This document shows, piece by piece, positions 46,997-58,458 of a stretch of 64,000 bases of DNA. Each line of letters starts with the position of its first letter. Position 1 is the stretch's first letter. Source of the DNA: Albugo candida (Eukaryota). The DNA lies in contig JBDOQK010000006.1 in the NCBI GenBank assembly GCA_040437565.1, forward strand, positions 310,001 through 374,000, in the 5' to 3' direction. A program made the position numbers and the translations under genes. Under the pieces are notes generated by a model that saw nothing but the letters and a program-made list of their open reading frames with translations, was not told the DNA's origin and did not search any database.

Positions 46997-48505
46997 ATGA
47001 CAAACGCATTTGAAGACGGTGAATCCGCAGCGAATCTGTTTGGGAAGAAAAATGCTGGTGTTGCATACACATATGATGATCTGATCTTGCTGCCAGGTCA
47101 CATAAATTTTGGAGTCGATTCAGTCAGACTGGAAAGTAAAATCACTAAAAACATCTCACTACACCTTCCATTGATAAGCTCGCCGATGGATACTGTGACT
47201 GAGCATAATATGGCGATTGGAATGGCACTTCACGGAGGAATTGGAATAATCCACTACAATATGACCATTGAGGAGCAGTGCAAAGAAGTTCGGCTCGTTA
47301 AAAAATTTGAAAATGGATTCATCACGCATCCGCAATGTTTATCACCAACGAATTCATTAGCAGACGTAGATCGTATAAAATCTGAATTCGGCTTTGCAGG
47401 CATCCCAATTACTGAAAGTGGAAAGATAGGAAGCGTTTTGGTCGGCATCGTAAGCAACCGCGATATTGATTTCATTGAGGATCGTACAACTCTGCTAAGT
47501 GAAGTGATGACCACGGACTTGGTTACTGCTGCCGAAGGAATTTCCCTTGTCGAAGCAAACAAAATTCTCAAAGACAGCAAGAAAGGAAAATTACCAATTG
47601 TGAATGCCAAAGGTGAACTCGTTTCGCTGATCTCTCGTCGCGATCTTTTAAAAAATCGTGAGTTCCCGCATGCATCAAAGGATTCCAACAAGCAGCTGCT
47701 GGTCGGTGCGGCTATCGGAACTCGTCTTCATGACCGTAAAAGATGTTCCGCGCTGGTCGATGCTGGCGTTAATTTGATCGTTATCGACTCTTCTCAGGGT
47801 GACTCTATCTTTCAGATTGAGCTGATCCAGTGGATCAAATCGACTCATCCAACCGTTGATGTAATCGGCGGCAATGTAGTAACCCGACGACAAGCGCATA
47901 GCTTGATCGAAGCAGGGGCGGATGGTTTGAAGATCGGCATGGGTGTCGGCTCCATTTGTACAACACAGGAAGTTTGTGCTGTTGGGCGCGCTCAAGCTTC
48001 TGCAGTCTACGAGACAGCGACTTACGCCAGAAAGTTTAATGTTCCAGTAATTGCGGATGGAGGCATTGGAAGTTGTGGGCACATCATCAAGGCGCTATCT
48101 TTGGGTGCCGCTGCAGTTATGTGTGGATCCCTTTTCGCTGGAACCGAAGAAGCTCCTGGTCAATACTACTTCCAGGATGGTGTTCGTTTGAAGAAGTATC
48201 GTGGAATGGGATCTGTAGAGGCAATGGTACAAGGATCATCGAAGCGTTATTTTGCTCATTCAGCTTCTGTAAAAGTCGCTCAGGGCGTTACAGGCGCGGT
48301 TGTAGACAAAGGAACATTGAAGGAATATCTTCCGTATTTGCAGCAGGGCATTCGACACGGATTGCAAGATTTAGGGTATGACTCCATCATCAAGCTGCAC
48401 GCAGCGTTGCATCAAGAACAGCTACGTTTCGAGTTGCGTACACCTGCAGCTCAACGTGAGGGAAACGTGCACTCATTATATTCCTACGAGAAGCGCTTGT
48501 ACTAA
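46997..48505 (+). CDS. IMPDH: Inosine-5'-monophosphate dehydrogenase (with CBS pair)
   Basis: [37 protein letters not shown] (catalytic Cys), [20 protein letters not shown] at 46997. Confidence 0.97.
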   Translation: MTNAFEDGESAANLFGKKNAGVAYTYDDLILLPGHINFGVDSVRLESKITKNISLHLPLISSPMDTVTEHNMAIGMALHGGIGIIHYNMTIEEQCKEVRLVKKFENGFITHPQCLSPTNSLADVDRIKSEFGFAGIPITESGKIGSVLVGIVSNRDIDFIEDRTTLLSEVMTTDLVTAAEGISLVEANKILKDSKKGKLPIVNAKGELVSLISRRDLLKNREFPHASKDSNKQLLVGAAIGTRLHDRKRCSALVDAGVNLIVIDSSQGDSIFQIELIQWIKSTHPTVDVIGGNVVTRRQAHSLIEAGADGLKIGMGVGSICTTQEVCAVGRAQASAVYETATYARKFNVPVIADGGIGSCGHIIKALSLGAAAVMCGSLFAGTEEAPGQYYFQDGVRLKKYRGMGSVEAMVQGSSKRYFAHSASVKVAQGVTGAVVDKGTLKEYLPYLQQGIRHGLQDLGYDSIIKLHAALHQEQLRFELRTPAAQREGNVHSLYSYEKRLY

Positions 48506-48904
48506 TCTAAATAAGAGTACAGAGTTGTAAGAGTCTTGTGCTGTTTCTTTTCTACCAAACGATGTCTTGGTAGAGCAAGTGCACCCCACGTTCCGATGTA
48601 CGGAACGAGACGCGCCATAGAGTTGTTGTTGTGGGTCATGACTATCGTAGACGCGCGCAAGGAATTATCGTGTAGTGAATTGTCTACATTTGTAATTGCT
48701 ATTTCTATACCTCTCTGACTCCTATCAAGGCTCTCCCTATTTAACTCGAAAGCGCCTGTCTTACGCAGCAACTGATAGGTGTCGAGCGGCTGAGTAGTGA
48801 GCAGAGGTTTAATACAGTCACTACCTCGTGCTTGTTCTCACGTGTCATTATCATAGAATAAAATTGCTTGAAAGGCGTAAGTTACCGCTGAAAGGACCAC
48901 AGAT

Positions 48905-51543
48905 ATGCCACTAGCTGTCGGCGCGATAAGAGATGCTGTGCGGAGCAAGAGCATCGGGCTTAGTATCACTGGAAATATAAGCAGTATCTTCAATCGTGCC
49001 GTCCCTGGATCCAGCACTACTGAGGAGAGCACGGCATCGTCTGCATCCAATCCGACTACGAGCTGCACAAACACATCTGAAAATGGACCCTTGTATGATG
49101 ATGTTGACGAGCAAGAACGTACTAAGTATCGACAGCGACTAAATTCCTTACCTCAACCTCTGGAGCGCTCGCACGGATCATCTCCTCCAGAGCATGATGA
49201 TCATTCGACTTCGTATGTTGAACCACCATCGCCTCCTTCATTGCCTCCTGGTGGTGTCTATGAAGCGGCCACTACGAATGTGCAAGCTAAAATGAAAGGC
49301 ATGGATATGTATCAAGAATCAACTGCCTCGCTTGTAAGCACAGCTACACAATTCTATCTTTCCCTCATGTAGTTTAATTCGTACTGATAGGACGATGAGT
49401 CAGTGAAATGCAGCGTCTTCTTATCGAAAACCTGCTCCTTTTCGGATCGCTTAGTGATTTTTATCGGTGACAGTGATGGATCACCAGCCGGTATTTGGAG
49501 TGCGAAGCTATGTGTGCGCTCTGGTCGAGAAGGAGGAGGAATATTCAAAGGAGCTCTCGGATCCATGTTACCGTATATCGTCAAAGCAAAAACTGATAAG
49601 CTGGGGATAATTTTGTTCGATGATGTTTTCAAGGACCTGGTGGACCAAAATGGCGCCATAGATGTTCGTATATTCCTGCATAATCCCGGGCTGGTAACGA
49701 ATCTCACATTTTGTAGATGAAGAAAGCTGTAATGCGATTTATTGCTGGATGGCGAGCGCATGTACTGACATCAAGAGCCACCCACGTGTTTATTGCTGCA
49801 TATCGTGATGGTGGTCAGTTGCTGGTTGGAGCGCTTCGTAACCATTTTGCCGAGATGCAAAGACATGTCAGCGGGTTGGCGTTTCTTCAGAGTACACACA
49901 AAGTTCAAGCCGATGATCCTTATGTGTTAAAGAAATTACTAGCACAATGGGCAGTGAATTATGCAGTGGACAAAACAAATTGTTTCACTCGACTAGAACT
50001 AAAAGAAAGAAGCGTTGGCTGCGTCTGTCTTTCAGCAGGATTGGAGACTACAGAAGGAAGTCTGCTTCAAAGTGTTGTTGACTCTGTATTCGCCAGCTTT
50101 AAAGCGCGTTGGGCTGGTTTCCGCGTCAAAAATGCCAATGTTGGGATGGAGCGTAGTTGTTACATTTGTAAATGTGTTTTCACGATGAGGAGATGGCGGC
50201 GACACTGCCGAACGTGTCAGAATCCTTGCTGTGAAAAATGTTCATCTGTTGACACCACGCGATTGGAGGGTCAAGTTCGTTTGTGTCTCACATGTAGAGC
50301 ACTGCCGTCGCTGATTCAGTGGTCACGCCCACGTGCTGTTCGCACGGGAGAGAAAGCATCCGTGTTCAGTGGATCCGCTAAACCAGGAAAGATGTCTGTG
50401 GCAGATTTTGAACTGGTTACTATCATTGGTCGTGGCGCTTGTGGTAAGGTACTACTGGTGCAGAAGAAAGAGGGTGCCGACGCTGGACATCTGTATGCCA
50501 TGAAGGTACTGAAGAAAAATTGGGTCATGGATAAGGATTTAGTGACTCAAACGATGGCCGAACGACGCATTTTGCAAGAAGCGAATCACCCATATATCGT
50601 GCAACTGAAATACGCTTTTCAGAATCACGACAAACTTTACATGGTGATGGATTACTACAGTGGTGGCTCTTTAAGACAGGTACTTCGTCGACGTGGGCGA
50701 TTCAGCATACGACGCGCTCAATTTTATCTGGCTCAAATACTGTTGGCGATCTCTCATTTACATTCTTCAAATATTTTGTATCGCGATTTGAAGCTTGAAA
50801 ATATAGTGATAACGGCTGATGGAAATGTGGCCTGCACTGATTTTGGTCTTTCAAAAGAAGAAATGGATGATGAAGAACGTACAAGTTCTTTTGTTGGAAC
50901 TTGCGAATACCTCGCTCCCGAATTGATATTGAAAGAAGGATACGGAAAGACCGTTGATTGGTGGGCATTTGGTATTTTGGCTTATGAAATGATTCAAGGT
51001 GACTCACCATTTCGTCATCAAATTCCCACAGTTCTATTCGAAAAGATCCTTAATGAAGACCCAGTGTTTGGTGATCGTTTTCCGGCAGTTGCGGTCGATT
51101 TGATTTCAAGTTTACTCCAAAAAGATCCACAAAGGCGCCTTGGGTGCGGCTCTGAAGGTGCGGAAGAAATCAAATACCATCCTTTTTTTGATGGCATGGA
51201 CTGGCAAGCTTTGCTTGAGAAACGTATTGAAGTTCCTCGACCTCCTCATCGTTTGGAAGACGTTACAGATGAAAGTCATCTAGCGCGAGCGATCTCGAAA
51301 ACTCGCGAAGCAAGAGAAGAGATCATGCCAGATTCCCCTGTATCACTTCCCTCTTCTCCGTCTGAGCAGATGCATTTTGATCGATTCTCCTACGTGGGAT
51401 CAGACGATTGGAATCCGAGCATGGCCAATATGAATTTTGATGAATGTACTGGCGACTTTATGCCGGATACCATCAGCGAAGATCAGGTCTATGAAGAGAA
51501 TGAAGAGGGTGAAGCAGACTCAACCCCGCAGTCATCACATTGA
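48905..51543 (+). CDS. AGC-family (S6K/SGK/Akt-like) Ser/Thr kinase with an upstream FYVE-type zinc finger, 3 exons
   Basis: Introns 49334-49390 and 49664-49716 join three ORFs in frame. FYVE-like CYIC..RRHCRTC..CCEKC..CLTC; kinase IGRGACGKV, YAMK, YRDLKLEN, DFG, SFVGTCEYLAPE; hydrophobic motif FDRFSY. Confidence 0.92.
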
Positions 51544-51555
51544 AAATTGAAATAT

Positions 51556-51733
51556 AGAGCGCTGTATTGTGCGCATCCATGTAAATTCCCTTCANNNNNN
51601 NNNNNNNNNNNNNNNNNNNNNNNNNNNNNNNNNNNNNNNNNNNNNNNNNNNNNNNNNNNNNNNNNNNNNNNNNNNNNNNNNNNNNNNNNNNNNNAGAGCG
51701 CTGTATTGTGCGCATCCATGTAAATTCCCTTCA
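51556..51733. other. 100-N scaffold gap with 39-bp flanking duplication
   Basis: 51556-51594 is repeated at 51695-51733. Confidence 0.9.
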
Positions 51734-51809
51734 ACAGTTGATATAATACAATCTTTTAAGTCGAGTACGAAGGTCTCGACGAGGGGCTATAACAATGTAT
51801 GGTGCTAAA

Positions 51810-53167
51810 ATGATGCTGAAAGGATTGCGCGCCTCAGCGGCTGTGCATGCTCGTCGGGAGTGTAAGATATCATAATTTTTTTATGTAGCAGTCCCTTTCC
51901 CAAAACTCATTTGTCCGTTATAGTCTCAACAAACATGAAGAAAATCACTGTTAAGCAGCCGATTGTGGAATTAGACGGTGATGAAATGACTCGCATTATT
52001 TGGACACATATCAAAGAAAAGTATATCTTCCCTTATTTGGATCTCAAAATTGAGTACTTTGATTTGTCGTTGCTTCATCGCGATCTAACCGGCGATCAAA
52101 TCACTATCGACGCAGCACACGCGATAAAACAGTACAATGTTGGAATCAAATGTGCCACTATTACTCCTGATGAGCAGCGTGTTGAGGAATTCAAGCTGAG
52201 AAAAATGTATAGATCTCCCAATGGGACGATCCGAAACATCCTTAACGGGACGGTTTTTCGTGAACCCATAGTTATATCTAATATACCTCGTTTGGTTGGA
52301 GGGTGGAAAAAGCCTATCACAGTGGGTCGTCACGCATTCGGAGATCAATACCGATCCACTGATTTCATTGCTCCTGGTCCCGGTAAATTCGAGGTCATCT
52401 ACACTCCTCGTAATGGCGATGCCAAGCAAGTTTTCCAGGTCTATGATTTTGAAGGAGCTGGTATTGGGCTCGCGATGTACAACACTGACGACTCCATATT
52501 CGGGTTTGCAAAATCCTGTTTTGAATTCGCCTTGAGTAAGGAGCAGGACCTTTATCTGAGCACCAAAAATACTATTTTGAAAAAGTATGACGGACGCTTT
52601 AAAGATATTTTCGAACAAGTGTATCAAGATGAGTACAAAGCCAAGTTTGATGCGGCAGGCATCAGCTATACACATCGCCTCATTGATGATATGGTCGCTC
52701 AAGCGTTGAAGTCGGAAGGTGGATTTGTCTGGGCATGCAAGAATTACGATGGAGATGTTCAGTCGGATATTGTTGCTCAGGGATACGGCTCTTTGGGATT
52801 GATGACTTCGGTTCTAGTTGCACCTGATGGAAAAACCGTCGAGGCTGAAGCCGCTCATGGTACAGTTACTCGTCATTGGCGTCAATATCAAAAAGGCAAA
52901 AAGACAAGCACCAATCCGATTGCATCAATTTACGCCTGGACCCGAGGACTTGCCCACCGTGGAAGGTTAGACGGTAATCAAGATCTGATTGACTTCACAT
53001 TGGATCTCGAAAAAGCCGTCGTTCAAACGGTCGAAGCTGGCCATATGACAAAGGATCTAGCGATCTGTATCCATGGTTCCAATGTCACTACGGATCAGTA
53101 TCTGTATACCGAAAACTTTATGGACAAAGTCAAGGAAACTTTTGAAGCTTTGCGTAGTAGTGACTGA
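51810..53167 (+). CDS. IDH: NADP-dependent isocitrate dehydrogenase, probably mitochondrial; 2 exons
   Basis: [60 protein letters not shown]. Exon 1 (51810-51861; [17 protein letters not shown]) splices in frame across intron 51862-51923 and reads as a presequence. Confidence 0.97.
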
Positions 53168-53617
53168 GTGAAAAGGTACAGATCAGATAAGAGATGTCAG
53201 ACTACCGCTGTCCATGTTTTTGTTATACTATCTGCCTTGACTTGCGAATACCTTCCTGTCATGACCACGACTTTTGTATGACGTGCTCGCATCAGACGAA
53301 AGAAGCGACGTGAAGAACGATACAGTCCTGCTGTCACAAACTGAGATTGATCTATCGTTTCTTGAACTCTTTGTTGTGACATCAAATCGCCATTACGTCA
53401 CAAGGAATTGGCTATTATTGAGCAGATTGTCTCATAATGAGGCCTCTTTCATGGTATAAATCGTTTACCTTTGCTGTAGCCAAACTGAATTGAAAACCTT
53501 GATCAGGTCGTTCACATCATTGAAGTGTGATGTAAGTTGTGCGCTATTAATATACAAGCATTTTCGTTGACTGAACAGCTAACATTGGATTTCTGTACCG
53601 GAGATTCTGGTTTTGTG

Positions 53618-56218
53618 ATGGATAATGTCAATAGCGACACATCTCCACGTAGGGACACCGATAATGGGGGTGTTGTGCCTGCCTCAAATTCGAAACAAGG
53701 AGGCTTCTCACTATCAGTTAATGCGATTAACGATGGTCTCTTGAAGCGCGGCATTGCAATGCAGCGGATACGAAGAAACTCTTCCACACACTCGCTCAAT
53801 GCGGACATGGACCTGAAAAGCCCGCAGAATTATGGTCTCATTTCTTCCAAGATTTTTGACGCCAATGATGATGAAAATATGCAAAATATCATCACTAAAC
53901 ACGAAATCTCAGAACGTTTTAACAAAACAAAACATCAAAGTAAACGAAACACTGGCTCCCGATTCAATTCGAAGCCATCTCGCATTGAAAGCAGTCACAA
54001 AGGTCAAGCTACAAATGAGCATCCCGAAAGTGGCGATTGTGATCCACAATACGATACAGAACAGCAAATACTCATATTTAGCGCATTAGTTACTCAGTGG
54101 ACACGACATCAACAGATACAAGCATTTCGGCAGTGGCAAAACTATACCCGCGATATGCGTACGAATGTAAGCATCTTGTTCCCGGTCATCAGCGATCTGA
54201 AAAACGAAGCAAAGCGATTACTTTGTATATCTGAAACGGCGCGGATACAACATCTGAACAGCACTGGTTCGTCTACGCCAAATCAAACGATTGTCTACCC
54301 ATATAACTTCACATTACGTGACCTTGATGTGTTAAATGGTTGGGCGTTACAATGCCATCCAAAAACATTTCATGAAGTAAATGAGTGCACATTGCGTTAC
54401 TTGTTACAGTATATGCGTTTCCGGCAATATGAGGATGGTGAAACACTGTTTCTGGAAGGCGATCGTGGGGATACATTTTACATCGCGCATCATGGTACAA
54501 TAGCGGTCTTTGTCGGTATTATACGTGCACGAAATGATCGATTGTACGCAAAACGAGGATCACAACTATTTAATGGAACACAGCTGACCAACACACAGAC
54601 TCTGAGGCAACGAAATAGCACGGTTAGTCGAAACGTTCCGTATATCACTCTGGGCAAACGTGTCTTCACCTATCGCACCGGAGAGAGTTTTGGCGAGACC
54701 GCAATGTTCTCATTAGACGCAGTTCGGACTGCATCGGCGGTGGCGGTTGGACACTGTGAAGTGTGCGAAATTCCCAAAGAAATCTATTGCAAAACGCTTC
54801 TCAAGTATCATCGACACATTTTTGAGCGATCACAGAAGATAAATTTTCTCCAACGAGTACCATTATTTCGAGACTGGCCACGAGAGCGTCTGGGCCCGGT
54901 AGCAGATATCTTGACACAAAGAAAGTTGAATTTTGGAGATATATTATTTACCGAGCAAAAAGTAGCTCGGTTGCTTCTTAATCAAACAGTTGAGGAAGGT
55001 GGCATACGGCCAGCCCCTAACACAACCTGCTGCTATTTTATTTTGTCCGGAATTGTGAAGCTGACTAAAAGATACTTTGAGAGCGCGGAGAAAGATCCTA
55101 ATCGTGTGCGGAAGGAGGTGCGGCATCCACATTTTCGTCCACCGATACAAGTGCAAGAGTTGCATGCGACCGATACCATTGCATTAGAAATACTCTTAAA
55201 CTGGTCAAACAATTCAAAGTCGGAGCAAGAGAACGCAGGTACAGATTATACTTCTGTCGCGGCATCGGCAACAGTTGAACTGTATGCTTTGGAAGAAGTT
55301 GATGCTCAACGCTTGTTTTCTAGTCCGAATTTTTCATCTATGATCGAGAAAGTCAAGGCGCAAGTTGAGGGGGAGAAGCAGCAACGTAATAGAAGATACG
55401 AGAGTGCTCGTCAGACTCTAGAGCTAAAGAACGCAATGCAAGCTGCTGAATTCGAGCGACTGAGATTGGCGACCACCGCTCCCGCACCCGACCTACCGGC
55501 TTTACGACTTCCCTTGAAAATTCTCTCACCGCTTGGACCTCCATCATCGTTTAGAATAGAGGATCACGTTACCGACGATGCACTTAGCGGAAAATATTCT
55601 GCGAGGTTATTGCCCTCACTTACCAATCGAGAAGTCCGTCAGCCAAATTTAGGAATGGAGCAATCGATGGATACTAGAACATTGAAAGAGAAAACGTTCC
55701 TTACAATTCAAGACGGATCACATTTTCTGACGCCATCCACGACCATAGGAATTGACTACAACACTTTGAGTCGTAGCATTGCGTGTGATTATTCGGAGAT
55801 GCAGTCATCAGAGCCTTTGCAAACGTTGGGCTTTCTCGAGCGCACACGCATCAAGAGCCTTTTGAGTCCAAGCGGAAACCAAAACGAAAATTGCATAGTG
55901 ACACGGCAAACCGCCACGAATGAGAATAGTACCCGTCGTTCTTTACAGCGCCGCAGAAGAATTCGTCCGACCACCAAATTTCAATTACCGACTTGTGCCC
56001 AACTGTTTCCCCAGTTTGACGAGATCGAAGCAGAAAACAATGCTGCTCGAGAATTTGACACAAAAACTTTCAAGGTAGATTGGGATCTCAACGCTCAAGA
56101 TTTTTCACTTCAATTACAAACGTGTTTAACGTCTACCACTGAAACTATACTATCGTGTCGTTCGCAGTCATACGCGTCCAATCAGCCACAATTACCGAGA
56201 TCATTCAAAAAGCCGTGA
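53618..56218 (+). CDS. Protein with two cyclic-nucleotide-binding domains
   Basis: Domain A LFLEGDRGDTFYI..G.I.V..GESFGETAM..RTASAVA..CEV; domain B FLQRVPLFRDW..GDILFTE..CYFILSGIVKL. First ATG at 53618. Confidence 0.82.
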   Translation: MDNVNSDTSPRRDTDNGGVVPASNSKQGGFSLSVNAINDGLLKRGIAMQRIRRNSSTHSLNADMDLKSPQNYGLISSKIFDANDDENMQNIITKHEISERFNKTKHQSKRNTGSRFNSKPSRIESSHKGQATNEHPESGDCDPQYDTEQQILIFSALVTQWTRHQQIQAFRQWQNYTRDMRTNVSILFPVISDLKNEAKRLLCISETARIQHLNSTGSSTPNQTIVYPYNFTLRDLDVLNGWALQCHPKTFHEVNECTLRYLLQYMRFRQYEDGETLFLEGDRGDTFYIAHHGTIAVFVGIIRARNDRLYAKRGSQLFNGTQLTNTQTLRQRNSTVSRNVPYITLGKRVFTYRTGESFGETAMFSLDAVRTASAVAVGHCEVCEIPKEIYCKTLLKYHRHIFERSQKINFLQRVPLFRDWPRERLGPVADILTQRKLNFGDILFTEQKVARLLLNQTVEEGGIRPAPNTTCCYFILSGIVKLTKRYFESAEKDPNRVRKEVRHPHFRPPIQVQELHATDTIALEILLNWSNNSKSEQENAGTDYTSVAASATVELYALEEVDAQRLFSSPNFSSMIEKVKAQVEGEKQQRNRRYESARQTLELKNAMQAAEFERLRLATTAPAPDLPALRLPLKILSPLGPPSSFRIEDHVTDDALSGKYSARLLPSLTNREVRQPNLGMEQSMDTRTLKEKTFLTIQDGSHFLTPSTTIGIDYNTLSRSIACDYSEMQSSEPLQTLGFLERTRIKSLLSPSGNQNENCIVTRQTATNENSTRRSLQRRRRIRPTTKFQLPTCAQLFPQFDEIEAENNAAREFDTKTFKVDWDLNAQDFSLQLQTCLTSTTETILSCRSQSYASNQPQLPRSFKKP

Positions 56219-56284
56219 ATGAGGTGATATTATTTTATAGAATTTGAATACTATCACGAGTTTTTATAGCTGGCGAAATAAGAC

Positions 56285-57008
56285 ATGCATTATGCACAGC
56301 AACTTAAACGACGCAAGCCAGATTCAGAGCATTCGGAAGGGAATACAAGAGAATCTGTTTTGAAGAAGAGTAAGAGCAATGTTGAGGTGCCACAAGAGAA
56401 AGAAAGTTATTCCTTTTCTCTTTCTGCGAAACGAAATGTCACGGTACGGAAATGGCGAAAGGCAATTTTAGTCGATATTCGAGAGCTTTATCAAGACAAC
56501 GGCGTCGACAAATATGGAAAGAAAGGTATCTTTTCTTTGTGAGGATCCAATATGTCAATATGTCTATGTGTGAAGGTATATCATTATCTCTGCAACAGTG
56601 GAAAACACTATCAAAGTTGGCATCTATGTTAAACAAAACCATCGCGATGATCACACGCGATGAATTAAAAGTCAAAAGTCTCGAAGAATGCTCAGAGTTT
56701 ATTTCCGTCGACACGGAAGATATGACCGTCTCATTTTCGGTACATTGCTCGCGTGCTTAGCATTACTCGATACTGGAATTTCTTCTGGATTGTAGCTGGC
56801 ACAAAAGCGACGAGTAACTATCCGAACATTCAAATCCACAGTATTGATAGATATCCGGGAATACTATGAAAAAGACGGAGATTGGAAACCTGGAAAAAAA
56901 GGAATTTCATTATCTACGGACCAATGGAAAAAGTTGGAACACCAAATGGGTGAAATTGACAATGCTATCGAGCTTCTTGATCAAGAAAGCAATGCATTTG
57001 CTCTGTAG
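56285..57008 (+). CDS. Tandem PC4/Sub1 ssDNA-binding transcription coactivator, multi-exon (3' part repeated at 57109-57461 by a gap artefact)
   Basis: Repeat 1 FSLSAKRNVTVRKWRKAILVDIRELY..KKG/ISLSLQQWKTL; repeat 2 KRRVTIRTFKSTVLIDIREYYEKDGDWKPGKKGISLSTDQWKKL. Confidence 0.88.
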
Positions 57009-57461
57009 NNNNNNNNNNNNNNNNNNNNNNNNNNNNNNNNNNNNNNNNNNNNNNNNNNNNNNNNNNNNNNNNNNNNNNNNNNNNNNNNNNNNNNNNNNNN
57101 NNNNNNNNCGCGATGAATTAAAAGTCAAAAGTCTCGAAGAATGCTCAGAGTTTATTTCCGTCGACACGGAAGATATGACCGTCTCATTTTCGGTACATTG
57201 CTCGCGTGCTTAGCATTACTCGATACTGGAATTTCTTCTGGATTGTAGCTGGCACAAAAGCGACGAGTAACTATCCGAACATTCAAATCCACAGTATTGA
57301 TAGATATCCGGGAATACTATGAAAAAGACGGAGATTGGAAACCTGGAAAAAAAGGAATTTCATTATCTACGGACCAATGGAAAAAGTTGGAACACCAAAT
57401 GGGTGAAATTGACAATGCTATCGAGCTTCTTGATCAAGAAAGCAATGCATTTGCTCTGTAG
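56656..57461. other. 100-N scaffold gap with 353-bp flanking duplication
   Basis: 56656-57008 is repeated at 57109-57461. Confidence 0.92.
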
Positions 57462-57704
57462 GGCAATTTTGCTTCAATTGATTCTACGACTAACTTGATT
57501 CGAAAACGAAACGAAGCACGTCTTCATATAATTCCAACCTTCTGCGACGCTGGGGTTAGCCCTTACGAGTATTATCTTCAAATCAGTAGCAGGCAGCATC
57601 AAAAGCAAAGTGCCGCTTGCGCTGTTGCTTTTCAAAATTTCTAAAATTGATGATAACTGTCGAGTCATCTCTCAAAGCAGATCACCACATTGACATGCCA
57701 CTAA

Positions 57705-58376
57705 TCAAGACTCCAGTTGTACCATTTCTACGATTCCACAGCTTTTTTTAAACACGATTTTGCTCTTTTTAGGGTCAGAAATAACAGCGAATGCCCTTGG
57801 AGTGAGCATATTTTGCACTTGGACAAGTAGAATCCCATCGTGCGCTATTGCACCCATCGTAAAAAAGCTTTGAACCAATTTGAAAGCTTGATCGCTGCAC
57901 TGAACACACTTTGGAATAGAGGAAAACGTGTGCTGAGCAAGAAGTCGACAATATTCCTCCAGTTGATGCCGACGTGAATCAATGACACCCTCGCATTTTG
58001 ACCTCAAAAAATGCTTTCGTGGAAAAATAAATCCTCGTAGGGATCGCATAAACCATCTACAACCAAAACATTCATGAGCAACTGGATGAATGAGAGATGC
58101 CTGAAGCTGGATATCTAGTCTCACAAAGTCTGAATATCGCCTCAAAATTGTCCATTCCAGGCGAGTACCCGAAATGTGCAGTCGAATTTTGTACCAGATG
58201 ATGTCATTGCTCAAGACAGTCCCATCAATATGCACCCTGAGAGGTGTCGCCTTACTTTCTGAATTGCACATGATCCTGGAAAAAGTCGATGAGGCTGGCA
58301 TGATCAAATGCAAAGTCAAGCAAGAATATGACATTCTACTGCGACCATGTCGAATGAGAATATAAATAGCGATCAT
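57705..58376 (-). CDS. PX-domain protein
   Basis: WYKIRL..WTILRRYSDFVRL..FPRKH..IDSRRHQLEEY; start codon uncertain. Confidence 0.75.
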   Translation of the reverse strand: MIAIYILIRHGRSRMSYSCLTLHLIMPASSTFSRIMCNSESKATPLRVHIDGTVLSNDIIWYKIRLHISGTRLEWTILRRYSDFVRLDIQLQASLIHPVAHECFGCRWFMRSLRGFIFPRKHFLRSKCEGVIDSRRHQLEEYCRLLAQHTFSSIPKCVQCSDQAFKLVQSFFTMGAIAHDGILLVQVQNMLTPRAFAVISDPKKSKIVFKKSCGIVEMVQLES

Positions 58377-58458
58377 GTTGTCCTTATTTAGTTCAGTACA
58401 ATAGCTAAATGTCTTATCGGCAAAAGTTTTTGAATGAAAGGCGACGTAAAGATGCTAT

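Noticed and set aside
49360..49720. Apparent stop-codon readthrough or frameshift between kinase ORFs
   Set aside because: Fully explained by canonical in-frame GT-AG introns.
27985..53167. Several mitochondria-associated genes (SIRT4, CLD1-like, LYRM5, FARS2, IDH) within 25 kb
   Set aside because: They are interspersed with unrelated genes on both strands; this is unremarkable in a gene-dense genome.
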